From positions 260,969-324,968 of the forward strand of contig DCVT01000044.1 in the NCBI GenBank assembly GCA_002328075.1: a stretch of 64,000 nucleotides of DNA, in the 5' to 3' direction. Of this stretch, positions 50,442 through 60,430 are shown in pieces. The first letter of the stretch is position 1, and each line of letters begins with the position of its first letter. The notes under the pieces are model-generated. The model made no database searches and was not told the origin of the DNA. It saw nothing but the letters and a program-made list of their open reading frames with translations. The DNA comes from Anaerolineales bacterium UBA2181 (GTDB lineage: Bacteria; Chloroflexota; Anaerolineae; Promineifilales; UBA4811). The position numbers were made by a program, and so were the translations under genes.

Positions 50442-52711
50442 CAGGGATAGGATGTCAGCGGCTGGATCCCATAGTAAAGCTCAACGATTCGCCGGACGAT
50501 GGGAGCAGCCACGGCCGAGCCCTCGCCGGCATGCTCCACCACCACCGCAATGGCAATTTCGGGCTGATCGGGCACGTCCACCAGATCGGGAGTCGGCGCA
50601 GCGGGCGCATAGGCGGCGAACCAGGCAGTCGGTTGGTCATTCAGCGTGCCATCGTCCCGGATGATAGGGGGAACCTCGGCCGTGCCGGTCTTGCCCGCAA
50701 CTGGTACCGGCATATTGCGGAATCGGTGTTCAGCCGTGCCGCCGGACTGTATAGTCACTGCGTACAGGCTCTCCTGCAAGATGGCCAGTTGTTCGGCCGA
50801 AAGGGGAAGGCTACCGACGACCTCGGGTTGCAGGGCCTCCTCTGGAGCATCGCCCCCTTCACCAATTCGCAGAACCACCTGCGGCCGGTACAGCGTTCCG
50901 CCGTTGGCTACTGCCGCCAACATGCGGGCTATCTGCAACGGGTTGACGATCACAAATCCCTGCCCAATGGCCATGTTTACGCTATCGCCCGTCCCCCAAC
51001 CCTCACCATAGGTTTCCATTTTCCACTGAGGGTCTGGAATCAGCCCGGTGCCCTCTGAAATTCCCTGGACTCCGGTGGCGCTGCCGAGGCCAAAAGCGCG
51101 AGCCGTCTCTGGTATAAGGAACGAATCTACCCGGTCTAGGGTCAGTCCCACCTGGTAAAAATACGGGTCGCAGGAATAGGTAATTGCCTGCCTCAATGTG
51201 ATGTTGCCATGCCCTCCGGCCAACCAATCCCCCTTGATAAAGTTGGGTCCCAGCCCATCCCATGTCCCGGTGCAGGTGTACCGCGTGTCTGGCAAATAGG
51301 CGCCGGAGAGGAGGGCAGCCGACATCGTGACGATTTTGAAAACCGAGGCCGCCGGGTAGGTGCCTTGGGACGCCCGGTTGATCAACGGTCGGCCCGGATG
51401 GCTCAACAACGTACGCAGACCGGCAGCCGATTCGGGATTGATCGGATCAAACAGATTGGGGTCGAAATCCGGGTAACTTGCCATCGCCAGAACCTGCCCG
51501 GTGTTCACGTCCATGACCACCACCGCCCCAGCATGACCATCTGGATGGCTCACTATAGCGTCCTGTAGCGCTTGTTCCACCCGGATCTGGAAATTCTTGT
51601 CCAGAGTAGCATAGATACTCCGGTTGGGACGCGCGGGAAGATCCAGAACAACCCCTAACCGGTCGCCGTTGGGTGACACGAGATACAGCGTGCCTCCATG
51701 GCCACCTCCCAGGTAAGGCTCGGCCCAGGCTTCCAGCCCGGTCGCACCGACCCGCTCGTCGCCTCGGTATCCCTTGGCCTTCCATTCATCCAGCTGCTCC
51801 GCAGATATGGCGGCCGTGTAACCAGTCACGTGCGGAGCTACGCCCCCTTCGCGGTAGAGCCTGGTCTTGCGCTCTCGCAGTTGAATGGCGCCAGCGTTCA
51901 TCCAGGGGCGCAGCACGTCCACGTGTGGGGCCACCACATCCTGAGGAACATCGCCCAAAGGGATATACCAGGTGGGGTCGGAGGAGGCGTATCGCGATCG
52001 CACCGTTTCCCGCGTTTCCCCGAGCATCTGACTCAACAAGGGCAGCAGGGCGGCTTCACCTGCCTCGCCCAGGTTGACCGGCACAATGCCGATGGTCACC
52101 GCGGTTCCCTCTACCGCCAATCCCAGTCCGTTTCGATCATACAGATTAGCTCGCGCCGGCACATGGTACTCCAATTGCAGCCGATTTCCCCCTCCCAATT
52201 CAGGCAGAATCAACGCATCGGACCAGCTCACCGTCCATCGCCCGCCCTCATAAACCAGCGGCATGGTCATATCGCGTTCGATGTCACCCAGGAGAGCAGT
52301 CTTCCAGGTGACCCGAAACGCAAATTGGGCCTTGTCCATATCTTGCAGGATGGAGAACGGGCGGATTTCTACGGCAACAACGGTGGCCTCATTCTGTGCA
52401 TCCTGGTAACGGTTGACAAAAGTGGCCTGGTCCAGCATTGACTGGCTGGTCCGCGACAGCAGACTATACATACCCAAAAAGTCCCCACTCTGCCAGGCTC
52501 GCAGGTAGGCAGTGGCGACGCCGTCGGCGCCGGGCGCATATTGCGTTGGCGTGGCCGGCGGCACAACCGGGACAGTCACCACCGGGGTGTTTGGGGCTAC
52601 CAACTCGGAGGGTGTGGAGGTCGGGATCAGGGCAGAGGTGGGAGACAGATTCTGCCCACAGGCGCAAAAGCACAGCGTCAGTGCCACCAAGAGCGCCAAT
52701 GCTCGCTTCAT
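50438..52711 (-). CDS. class B penicillin-binding protein (PBP2-type transpeptidase) with N-terminal NTF2-like (MecA_N-type) domain; lipoprotein signal
   Basis: Internal ATG (MKRALALLVALTLCFCACG). NTF2-like AYLRAWQSGDFLGMYSLL...GGRWTVSW. Transpeptidase SxxK ASVFKIV and KTG in AGKTGTAE. Confidence 0.85.
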   Translation of the reverse strand: MKRALALLVALTLCFCACGQNLSPTSALIPTSTPSELVAPNTPVVTVPVVPPATPTQYAPGADGVATAYLRAWQSGDFLGMYSLLSRTSQSMLDQATFVNRYQDAQNEATVVAVEIRPFSILQDMDKAQFAFRVTWKTALLGDIERDMTMPLVYEGGRWTVSWSDALILPELGGGNRLQLEYHVPARANLYDRNGLGLAVEGTAVTIGIVPVNLGEAGEAALLPLLSQMLGETRETVRSRYASSDPTWYIPLGDVPQDVVAPHVDVLRPWMNAGAIQLRERKTRLYREGGVAPHVTGYTAAISAEQLDEWKAKGYRGDERVGATGLEAWAEPYLGGGHGGTLYLVSPNGDRLGVVLDLPARPNRSIYATLDKNFQIRVEQALQDAIVSHPDGHAGAVVVMDVNTGQVLAMASYPDFDPNLFDPINPESAAGLRTLLSHPGRPLINRASQGTYPAASVFKIVTMSAALLSGAYLPDTRYTCTGTWDGLGPNFIKGDWLAGGHGNITLRQAITYSCDPYFYQVGLTLDRVDSFLIPETARAFGLGSATGVQGISEGTGLIPDPQWKMETYGEGWGTGDSVNMAIGQGFVIVNPLQIARMLAAVANGGTLYRPQVVLRIGEGGDAPEEALQPEVVGSLPLSAEQLAILQESLYAVTIQSGGTAEHRFRNMPVPVAGKTGTAEVPPIIRDDGTLNDQPTAWFAAYAPAAPTPDLVDVPDQPEIAIAVVVEHAGEGSAVAAPIVRRIVELYYGIQPLTSYPW

Positions 52712-53445
52712 ATGGCAGTTTCCAGCTTGAAATCGGCCGCAGGAGCAACTTCTGGGCGACATGGTTCCAGCACGCCTCCCAAAATGGCAGTGTGTACCGA
52801 GCAGAGAAAGGAGAGCTTTGCCTGGCAGACGGCACTGATCTGCACGGGCGGACGGATCCCCAACTCCCACCACAGGGTCATAAGATGGCACAGAGGAAGC
52901 CCCATGACGTTGGCGTAACAGCCATGGAGTGCTTCTGCCGGCCGGAACGTCGGGTTCTGAACAGCATAGGCTCCAGCTTTGTCAAACGGGTCTCCGCTCC
53001 GAACGTATTGCTCCACCTCCCAATCGCTGTAATGGCGTATGGGGACCATGGTGCAGGCCAGGGACTCCAGCCTGACCAATCCGGGGTGCGTCAGTAGGAC
53101 CACGGCCGTGTAGACCTGGTGAGTACGACCACGCAACCGGCAGAGGATGTCCGTCGCATCCGCCACATCCCGCGGCTTGCCGTACACAACGCCATCCAAC
53201 ACCACGATGGTGTCGGCGGCCACAATGACTCCGCTTTCTCCAGCCGACAGACGCCCGGCCCCTGCCTCCGCCTTTTCGCGCGCGAACCGCCGCACGGCAG
53301 CGACTGGTGACTCCCCAGCCCAGACGGTCTCATCAATGGCGGCCGCTTGCACCTCAAACGGCAGATCGAACCACCCAAACAGCTCGCGGCGTCGAGGGGA
53401 CGCCGAGGCTAATACCAACCGGTGATTTGTGCTGCTCATGCTCAT
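52708..53445 (-). CDS. maf: Maf-family nucleoside-triphosphate pyrophosphatase with C-terminal extension
   Basis: ATG 53445 (MSMSSTNHRLVLASASPRRRELF). GAYAVQ and NVMGLPL motifs. About 50 extra C-terminal residues. It overlaps the PBP gene by 4 nt. Confidence 0.85.
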   Translation of the reverse strand: MSMSSTNHRLVLASASPRRRELFGWFDLPFEVQAAAIDETVWAGESPVAAVRRFAREKAEAGAGRLSAGESGVIVAADTIVVLDGVVYGKPRDVADATDILCRLRGRTHQVYTAVVLLTHPGLVRLESLACTMVPIRHYSDWEVEQYVRSGDPFDKAGAYAVQNPTFRPAEALHGCYANVMGLPLCHLMTLWWELGIRPPVQISAVCQAKLSFLCSVHTAILGGVLEPCRPEVAPAADFKLETAI

Positions 53446-53454
53446 GCCAGGCGA

Positions 53455-53460
53455 ATTATA
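53455..53460 (-). promoter_or_regulatory. -10 box TATAAT 9 nt upstream of the maf ATG (leaderless candidate)
   Basis: The reverse complement of 53455-53460 is TATAAT. There is no SD between it and ATG 53445. Confidence 0.4.
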
Positions 53461-53769
53461 CTGTTGCCCCGCGGCCGCGTCAATTGATGTTAGCCAGGTA
53501 ACCATGAAATCTCTCACCGTTACGTTCACGCCGCACCCATCTGCGCCTCACAACAGAGTTCCGACAGCCGCCCCCATGCTCCTGACCAAACCAGGTCACA
53601 GCGTGCGAACGCACGCTGGTCGGACGTCCTGGCGGCACCTGTCGGCGCGGCCCGGGCCCGCCATGCTCGGACGATCGCTATAGGCCGATGGGCCTGGGCG
53701 CGTTGTGGGATTGTGCCGGCAAGGTTTTTCGGCTGGGTGCCGCACGCGAATGGAAGATCGGCCCCGGCC

Positions 53770-54672
53770 CTAGGGCTCGACCACAGAGAACCGGGTGAAC
53801 TGAACCACCTTTTCTGCCACAAGGATCTGCAGTTCATATTCGCCCGCCAGAAAGCCACCCAGCGGACGGAGGAAGAAATAGGTACGGCCTCGCGCCCCCC
53901 ACTCCCAAACTCGAGTACCCCCGCCAACTAATTGGCCATCCCGCAACCAGACGTGACGCCAGACAACACCATTGGTCATGTTCACGTAATTGAAGGAACA
54001 GAAAAGCACCGCACGGCCGACCGGGAAACTGGTATCGGCGTCAATGGGAGTTCCATCCAGGTTGACACCGCGGCTGACGGTCAACTCACCGATGTAAGCG
54101 GTCGGCCCGGGGGTGGAATAGGGCACGACCGGGGTGTAGATGGCCTCTAGGATGGGAACCGTAGGAGATGGGGTGTGGGTCTTGGTTGGTGTTGGGGTCA
54201 CGGACGGCGTTTGGCTGGGCGTTGGCGTAGTGCTAGGGGTTGGCGTTGCGCTAGGGGTCAGCGTCGGTGTATTGGTGGGTATGAATGGAATCGTGGCCGT
54301 TGCGTGTCGGGTCGGCACGGCAGAAGCAACACCTTCGGTCGCGCCGGGTGCCAGGCTGGCGAACGGGGCCAGGGTCGGTTGTTGGTCCTCGGTGGCCGGC
54401 TCACCAGCCAGTGGAGAAGGTTCGGCCGGCTGTGGCAGTGGCCAGGTGCGACGCGCGTACAGCGCGCCGGCTGTCAACAGACCAAAGAACACGGCGGCCG
54501 TGACGCTGCTGCGCATGCGGCGCCGCGTTCGCTGGCGGAGAATGAACGAGGACGTCTGGCGTAGGTCCAGGTAATGTCTCAGCGAGAGCAAAAACCCAAC
54601 AACGGTTGCCAACGCAACAAGGACCGTAAGACCGGCCGACAACCTGATGACAAGCGAGGGCAGTTGGTCCAA
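53770..54672 (-). CDS. membrane-anchored protein with Pro/Thr-rich linker and C-terminal beta-rich domain, function unknown
   Basis: Two N-terminal TM helices. Linker TPTLTPSATPTPSTTPTPSQTPSVTPTPTKTHTPSPT. A C-terminal domain of about 120 aa (VWRHVWLRDGQLV...YELQILV). Confidence 0.6.
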   Translation of the reverse strand: MDQLPSLVIRLSAGLTVLVALATVVGFLLSLRHYLDLRQTSSFILRQRTRRRMRSSVTAAVFFGLLTAGALYARRTWPLPQPAEPSPLAGEPATEDQQPTLAPFASLAPGATEGVASAVPTRHATATIPFIPTNTPTLTPSATPTPSTTPTPSQTPSVTPTPTKTHTPSPTVPILEAIYTPVVPYSTPGPTAYIGELTVSRGVNLDGTPIDADTSFPVGRAVLFCSFNYVNMTNGVVWRHVWLRDGQLVGGGTRVWEWGARGRTYFFLRPLGGFLAGEYELQILVAEKVVQFTRFSVVEP

Positions 54673-54710
54673 TGATTGGATGCCGTTCCCAGAATGCGTC
54701 CGCAGTGCGA

Positions 54711-56135
54711 TTACACGTCAAAGTACAGCTGCATCTCGTACGGATGCGGCCGATCACGCACGGCATAGTATTCCTGGCGCAACTTGTGCTCAATCCAGTC
54801 CGAGATGATCTCGTCGTCGAAAACGCCACCCGCCTGGAGAAAGCCATTATCGGCCTGCAACGCGTCCAGCGCCTCTTTCAGCGAGGACGGGAGCGCCTTG
54901 ATCTGCCGCAACTGCTCTGGCGTCCAGGCGAATATGTTGGAGTCTATTGGTCCGAACCCGGCGGCCGTGGGTTCAATTCGATTCAGGATACCGTCCAGCC
55001 CGGCCATCAACTGGGCGGCAAGCATTAGGTACGGATTTCCGGCCGCATCAGGCGGCCGGAACTCTATCCGAGCGGTGTCTGGCTGGTCCGCATACTTGGG
55101 AATGCGAACCGCTGCACTCCGATTGCCCAGGCTGAAAAACGCATTAACGGGAGCCTCGTAACCGGGAACTAGCCGCCGGTAGGAGTTGGTGGTTGGGTTG
55201 GTGAAAGCTAGTACCGCCGCGCCATGGTATAGCAGTCCCCCCACGTAATAGAGGGCGTCTTGGCTCATTTTGCCATACCCTGCCTCGTCGTAGAATAGGT
55301 TTTGGCCGTCCTTGAACAGGTGTTGGTGAAAGTGCATCCCGTTACCCGCTTCGCCATAGAGCGGTTTGGGCATAAAGGTGGCCGTCTGCCCCGCAGCGTG
55401 AGCCACCATCTTGGTGACGTACTTGACCTTCATCACCAGGTCACCGGTCTCTACCGATCCCTGGATCATGGGCGTTTCGATCTCGCATTGTCCGGGTCCG
55501 CCCACCTCGTGATGGTGATACTTGATGGGCACCGCCATGCGTTCCAGAGTAGCCGTCATCCGGGAGCGCAAATTGAAGAGCGCATCCTTGGGTGGAATCG
55601 CATGGTACCCGCCGTGCAGTGGGATATAGTGCCCGTGCCCGCTCTCTCCGCTCGACCAATCGGCCTCCGGGCTCTCCAGCAGGTAGCCGGACCGGTTGAT
55701 TTTGTTCTCAAACGCAATACTGTCAAACACGTAAAACTCGAATTCCGGCCCCCATCTGCACTCATCGGCCACGCCGGTCTCGCGCATGTACTCGTCGGCC
55801 CGTTGCGCAATATTGCGCGGATCGCGGAAAAAGACTCTCTTACTGCCTGCCTCCAGCGTATAGCCGATGAAACTGAGGGTGGGCATTTCCCAAAAGGGGT
55901 CCACGAAAGCCGTGGACAGGTCTGGAACCGTCACCATGTCCCCGGCTTTGATACTCTTGAGGCCAACACTGGACCCGTCAAAACCGACTCCCTCATCCAT
56001 CAGGGCTTGGTTGAATTGGCTGCTTGGAACAGTCAGGTGGCGCCACCTCCCCCAGAGATCGCAGAACTTGAGGTCCACCATCTGAATTGCGTGTTCCCGA
56101 ATGAAAGCCATTGCTTCTTCCAGGGTGACGAACAT
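54711..56135 (-). CDS. glnA: glutamine synthetase, type I
   Basis: 474 aa. VDLKFCDLWGRWRHLTVP, FDGSSV, GPGQCEI, GNGMHFHQHL and NSYRRLVPGYEAP are classic GSI motifs. Confidence 0.95.
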   Translation of the reverse strand: MFVTLEEAMAFIREHAIQMVDLKFCDLWGRWRHLTVPSSQFNQALMDEGVGFDGSSVGLKSIKAGDMVTVPDLSTAFVDPFWEMPTLSFIGYTLEAGSKRVFFRDPRNIAQRADEYMRETGVADECRWGPEFEFYVFDSIAFENKINRSGYLLESPEADWSSGESGHGHYIPLHGGYHAIPPKDALFNLRSRMTATLERMAVPIKYHHHEVGGPGQCEIETPMIQGSVETGDLVMKVKYVTKMVAHAAGQTATFMPKPLYGEAGNGMHFHQHLFKDGQNLFYDEAGYGKMSQDALYYVGGLLYHGAAVLAFTNPTTNSYRRLVPGYEAPVNAFFSLGNRSAAVRIPKYADQPDTARIEFRPPDAAGNPYLMLAAQLMAGLDGILNRIEPTAAGFGPIDSNIFAWTPEQLRQIKALPSSLKEALDALQADNGFLQAGGVFDDEIISDWIEHKLRQEYYAVRDRPHPYEMQLYFDV

Positions 56136-56188
56136 CGCAGCTCCTTGTGTCCAAACCGAGATTGTGTAGACAAACCGAACCGATGCCC

Positions 56189-56217
56189 AGTATAGACCGG
56201 CGGGTTACCCATGTCAA
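56189..56217 (-). promoter_or_regulatory. near-consensus sigma-70 promoter TTGACA-17-TATACT for glnA
   Basis: On the minus strand: TTGACA (56217-56212), a 17-nt spacer, and TATACT (56194-56189). About 53 nt upstream of the ATG, which has an AAGGAG SD. Confidence 0.6.
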
Positions 56218-56773
56218 GCAAGCGTGATATCATGGGTTTTTCGGATTCCGAGGGTCGCCCTGACGTGGGCACGCGTTGCGGCGGCCGATTACGGCGCACG
56301 GACTCGTTTCTGCCGGAGCGCTACCGGCAGCGGGCTACGGATCAATGACGATCAGAACGGGTCGGCGCTGCCTGACCAATTCCGTGCAATGGCTGCCCGA
56401 GATGCGAGCGTGGATTTAGAACCGGGCGCCTCTGTTTGCCTGGCCCTGCGGCCGGTCAGATGGAGGCCCTCCAGCAAAGCTGCCGGCCCGACCAGAACCG
56501 AGGGCGGAATGGCTGGCTCGCTCACTTGTGCGGCTACTTTGAACGGCTATCGGTGCCGAAGCGGGATGCCATCTCACTTGCTGTGGCAACCCATATCAAC
56601 TTCCCGTTGCGTCAGCCCATGACGAAAGACGCTCGGGACAACCATGATCAGTCCGGTGGCACGAAACCGTGGGGATACCATCTCAGCCGGCATCAACCAG
56701 TTGATGGTAGTGTATTGCCGTGCCACAGCCCCTGCCAACACCGACTTGACCGCGGCCGAAACCGGATCATTTG

Positions 56774-57616
56774 TCAGACCGGTGACCGTGCGGCCTCCCA
56801 CGCCAGCATGGCTCGCTTGCGGGTTGAGCCCCACCGGTACTGGTGAGGATCACCGGTGGACCGGATCACTCGGTGGCAGGGAACTAGAAAAGCGACCGGG
56901 TTCCGAGCGATGGCCGAGGCGACTGCCCGAGTGGCGTTCGGATGGCCCACATAACCCGCGACATCGCCGTAGCTGACCATCGCTCCGCTGGGAATCGCCA
57001 ACAGCCCGCGCCACACGTTCACCTGAAAGTTCGTCCCCTTGAGCAGCAGGTGAAACGGCCGCGAGCCCTGGGTCGGCACAAAGATGCGGTCCACCACCGG
57101 CTGGGTCGCGCCCGGGTTCTGCACCAGGCGGGATTGTGGCCACAAACGAGCGAGGTCATCCACCGTGGTCGGGCCGCCAAAGAACAGCGCACAGATGCCG
57201 CGCACAGTCATTGCCAGCAGCATCGTGCCAAATGGGCTGTCATGGAACCCGTAGGTGATCTCCAGGCCGGCCCCCTCTTGCTTGTATTCGCCTGGGGTGA
57301 CGGCTTCAAACGTGACAAAAAGGTCGTGCAGCCGGCCGGGTCCCGAGAGGCCCGCCTCATAGGCCGCGTCCAACAGGTTGCGCGATTCCGACAGCCTCGC
57401 CTTGGCATATTCCAGGGTGAGATACCGTAGAAACTGCGTGGGTGTGATGCCGGCCCACCGCTTGAACAGCCGCTCAAAATGGAACTTGCTGAGATGGACG
57501 CTGGCGGCCATGTCGTCCAACGTTGGCTGCCGGCGGAAATTGGCTTCCAGGTAGTGTATCGCCCGCTCCACGCAGAGGTAATCGCTGGCGTTTCGTTGAG
57601 ACGGTTGATCTTCCAT
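56774..57616 (-). CDS. AraC-type HTH fused to methylated-DNA-protein-cysteine methyltransferase (Ada/Ogt-like)
   Basis: N-terminal HTH LDDMAASVHLSKFHFERLFKRWAGITPTQF. C-terminal MGMT active site VPCHRVIRSTG. Confidence 0.85.
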   Translation of the reverse strand: MEDQPSQRNASDYLCVERAIHYLEANFRRQPTLDDMAASVHLSKFHFERLFKRWAGITPTQFLRYLTLEYAKARLSESRNLLDAAYEAGLSGPGRLHDLFVTFEAVTPGEYKQEGAGLEITYGFHDSPFGTMLLAMTVRGICALFFGGPTTVDDLARLWPQSRLVQNPGATQPVVDRIFVPTQGSRPFHLLLKGTNFQVNVWRGLLAIPSGAMVSYGDVAGYVGHPNATRAVASAIARNPVAFLVPCHRVIRSTGDPHQYRWGSTRKRAMLAWEAARSPV

Positions 57617-57721
57617 TCCTCAAGTATAGCCACAAGGTAAACAGCCCGCCACCCGAATCTTGCGCTCCCTCAAACAGTTCTTACTCGCTGGAACCATCCT
57701 TTCTGGCGGCGGCGGGGTGCA

Positions 57722-57750
57722 TTGCGGGTACTTGATCAGCGTGCTACAAT
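57722..57750 (+). promoter_or_regulatory. promoter TTGCGG-17-(TGC)TACAAT
   Basis: TTGCGG at 57722-57727, a 17-nt spacer ending in TGC (extended -10), and TACAAT at 57745-57750. 42 nt upstream of ATG 57793. Confidence 0.5.
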
Positions 57751-57792
57751 CCGGCCGATTGGCTGCAGAGAACTGCCCTGGAAGGAAACCAC

Positions 57793-59229
57793 ATGCCTGG
57801 ACAAGAGAGCTTCCACATGACCCCAGACGAGTTCCGGCGCGCCGGCCGACTGGTGGTGGACTGGATAGCAGATTACTATGAGCGGTTGGAATCCCTTCCA
57901 GTGCTCTCCCGGGCAAGGCCCGGCGAGATACGATCCGCCCTGCCGCCCGACCCGCCCTATCAAGGCGAGCCCTTTGAGGCCATGCTGCGGGACGTTGAGA
58001 ACATCGTGCTGCCGGGCCTGACACACTGGCAATCGCCCAACTTTTTTGCCTTTTTCCCGGCAAATTCCTCAGGTCCGGCCGTTTTGGGTGAACTGCTCTC
58101 GGCCGGGCTAGGGGTACAGGGGATGCTCTGGGCCACCAGCCCTGCCTGCACCGAACTGGAGACCCACATGTTGGATTGGTTGGTGCAGATGCTGGAATTG
58201 CCGGCCAAGTTCGGATCGTCAGGGTCCGGGGGCGGTGTCATCCAGGACTCGGCCTCAAGCGCAGTCCTTTGCGCCTTGCTGGCAGCGCGCGAGCGGGCAA
58301 CGGGCTTTATGAGCAACGAATGCGGTTGCGACGGCCGGTTGGTGGCGTATGCGTCTGACCAGGCGCATTCATCTATAGAAAAGGCCATCAAGATCGCTGG
58401 CTTGGGGCGCCAGAACCTGCGTCTGGTCGCAGTTGACAGCTCGTTTGCCATGCGGCCGGAGTCCCTCGCCGACCAGGTCAAACACGATCTCGCGTCTGGA
58501 CTGGTGCCCTGCTTTGTGTGCGCCACTGTAGGTACCACGTCATCCAACGCTATTGACCCGTTGGCTGCCATCGGACCGATCTGCCAGAAGCATCGCCTGT
58601 GGCTACACGTGGACGGTGCAATGTCTGGCACGGCTGCGCTCTGCCCCGAATATCGGTTTATCCACCATGGACTGGAGTACGCCGACAGCTATGCCTTCAA
58701 CCCTCACAAGTGGATGTTCACCAATTTCGACTGTGACTGCTTCTGGGTCGCCGACCGCGCCGCGCTCATTCAGACGCTGAGCATCCTGCCCGAATACCTT
58801 CGCAATCAAGCAACCGAGTCGGGTTCGGTCATCGATTACCGCGATTGGCAGGTGCAATTGGGGCGGCGTTTTCGCGCACTCAAGCTCTGGTTTGTCATCC
58901 GCCATTACGGCGTGAACGGGCTGCAACATCACATCCGCCACCACATCGCACTGGCGCAACGTTTTGCCGATTGGGTGCGCGCCGAACCCAACTTTGAATT
59001 GGCGGTCGAGCCCCCTTTGAATCTGGTCTGTTTCCGTCATCAGGCTGGAGACAGCGCCAATCAGCGCCTGCTGGACCGACTGAACAACAGCGGTGAGATG
59101 TACCTCACTCACACCCGCATGGACGACAAGTTGACATTGCGATTCTGCGTGGGCCAGACCCACACGGAAGCCCGCCACGTAGAGAGAGCATGGCAGCGGA
59201 TACAATGGGTGGCTCTCGAACTGGCATGA
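57793..59229 (+). CDS. group II PLP-dependent (aromatic-L-amino-acid/tyrosine-type) decarboxylase
   Basis: FRRAGRLVVDWIADYYERLESLPV, HWQSPNFFAFFP, and HVDGAMSGTA...NPHKWMF (PLP-Lys). ATG 57817 is an alternative start. Confidence 0.85.
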   Translation: MPGQESFHMTPDEFRRAGRLVVDWIADYYERLESLPVLSRARPGEIRSALPPDPPYQGEPFEAMLRDVENIVLPGLTHWQSPNFFAFFPANSSGPAVLGELLSAGLGVQGMLWATSPACTELETHMLDWLVQMLELPAKFGSSGSGGGVIQDSASSAVLCALLAARERATGFMSNECGCDGRLVAYASDQAHSSIEKAIKIAGLGRQNLRLVAVDSSFAMRPESLADQVKHDLASGLVPCFVCATVGTTSSNAIDPLAAIGPICQKHRLWLHVDGAMSGTAALCPEYRFIHHGLEYADSYAFNPHKWMFTNFDCDCFWVADRAALIQTLSILPEYLRNQATESGSVIDYRDWQVQLGRRFRALKLWFVIRHYGVNGLQHHIRHHIALAQRFADWVRAEPNFELAVEPPLNLVCFRHQAGDSANQRLLDRLNNSGEMYLTHTRMDDKLTLRFCVGQTHTEARHVERAWQRIQWVALELA

Positions 59230-59341
59230 CCGACTGCGCACACCAGGGTGTCACCGTATGGCGTCGGTCATCTGGGCGTGGTCTTTTGACCAAGCATGCT
59301 GTATTCCTCGTGCTTTGCGGCACAAGTAGAAAGGCATCTCG

Positions 59342-60154
59342 ATGTTTGGTTGGTTCCAGGGGTTGAGCCCTGTCCTGCAAGCACTGCTGGCAACCTGTTT
59401 CACCTGGTTCTTGACCGCAGCAGGCGCCAGTGCTGTGTTCTTTTTCAAGACCATCGATCGCAAAGTGCTGGACACCATGTTGGGCTTTGCCGCCGGGGTG
59501 ATGATTGCTGCCAGTTATTGGTCGCTGCTGGCCCCGGCCATCCAAATGGCCGCGGACAGCGGTGGCCCTCCATGGTTGCCGGCAACCGTCGGCTTTTTGC
59601 TGGGTGGCGCCTTCCTGTGGGGAGTTGACAAGGTGTTGCCGCACCTGCACATCGGCTATCCGACGGAGGAAGCGGAAGGACTCAAGACAGGGTGGCACCG
59701 CAGCATTCTCCTGGTCCTGGCAATCACCTTGCACAACTTTCCGGAAGGATTGGCAGTCGGTGTGGCGTTTGGCGCCCTGGCGGCGGGTCTTCCATCGGCT
59801 TCGCTATCTGCGGCTGTCGCGCTGGCCATTGGCATTGGCATTCAGAATTTTCCCGAGGGTACTGCCGTCTCGATACCGCTACGCCGAGAGGGTTTCTCGC
59901 GATTCCGCAGTTTCTGGTACGGGCAACTGTCCGGCATGGTGGAACCCATTGCCGGGGTGTTGGGAGCTGTGGCAGTCATCTTGATTCAGCCGATTCTCCC
60001 CTATGCCCTCGCCTTTGCCGCGGGAGCGATGATCTTTGTGGTGGTGGAGGAGCTCATTCCGGAGGCCCAGTTAAAATCGGAGACCAACATCGCTACGGTG
60101 GGCGCCATGCTGGGTTTTGCGGTGATGATGACGTTGGATGTGGCATTAGGGTAG
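59342..60154 (+). CDS. zupT: ZIP-family divalent metal (zinc) transporter, ZupT/GufA-like
   Basis: GAAAGG SD. Polytopic protein. The paired motifs [13 protein letters not shown] and [12 protein letters not shown] are typical of ZupT. Confidence 0.8.
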   Translation: MFGWFQGLSPVLQALLATCFTWFLTAAGASAVFFFKTIDRKVLDTMLGFAAGVMIAASYWSLLAPAIQMAADSGGPPWLPATVGFLLGGAFLWGVDKVLPHLHIGYPTEEAEGLKTGWHRSILLVLAITLHNFPEGLAVGVAFGALAAGLPSASLSAAVALAIGIGIQNFPEGTAVSIPLRREGFSRFRSFWYGQLSGMVEPIAGVLGAVAVILIQPILPYALAFAAGAMIFVVVEELIPEAQLKSETNIATVGAMLGFAVMMTLDVALG

Positions 60155-60390
60155 AGACGCTTCGGCAACCCAGAAGAGATGTCGGCCCATGTCACTGCCT
60201 CGCAGAGCTTGCCCTTGCCGCCTACTGTCGGGCTGATCGCACCTCGGTTGCAGAACCCCGCCTTCGCCCCGACACCAACTTGCGCGATAACGCGAGTGTA
60301 ACCGCGAGGTATATCATGATGCACGAAACGCCGAGTAGCCGCGTTCAGCGTACAGGCATGGCCTGCCGCGTGGTTCGGTGCCAAACCCTG

Positions 60391-60399
60391 TGCTATAAT
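60391..60399 (+). promoter_or_regulatory. extended -10 (TGCTATAAT) upstream of the carboxyltransferase cluster
   Basis: TGCTATAAT at 60391-60399. GGAGG SD at 60420-60424 and ATG at 60431. Confidence 0.45.
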
Positions 60400-60430
60400 T
60401 CGAACTAGCTACCTGAAATGGAGGCCTAGA

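Noticed and set aside
54160-54280. Repetitive GGTGTTGG/GGCGTTGG-type DNA that looks like a tandem repeat.
   Set aside because: It is the antisense of a coding Pro/Thr-rich linker (TPTPS repeats) within the 53770..54672 gene. It is not a non-coding repeat or a CRISPR-like array.
56574-56834. An 86-aa minus-strand ORF with a faint isochorismatase-like segment.
   Set aside because: It overlaps the 3' end of the ada-like gene, the similarity is very weak, and it is interrupted downstream. It is mentioned only as a possible relic and is not annotated.
60240-60320. A GGTTGCAGAACC segment resembling a tRNA T-arm in the 276-nt spacer before the 12S gene.
   Set aside because: No complementary T-stem, acceptor stem or anticodon arm can be drawn around it.
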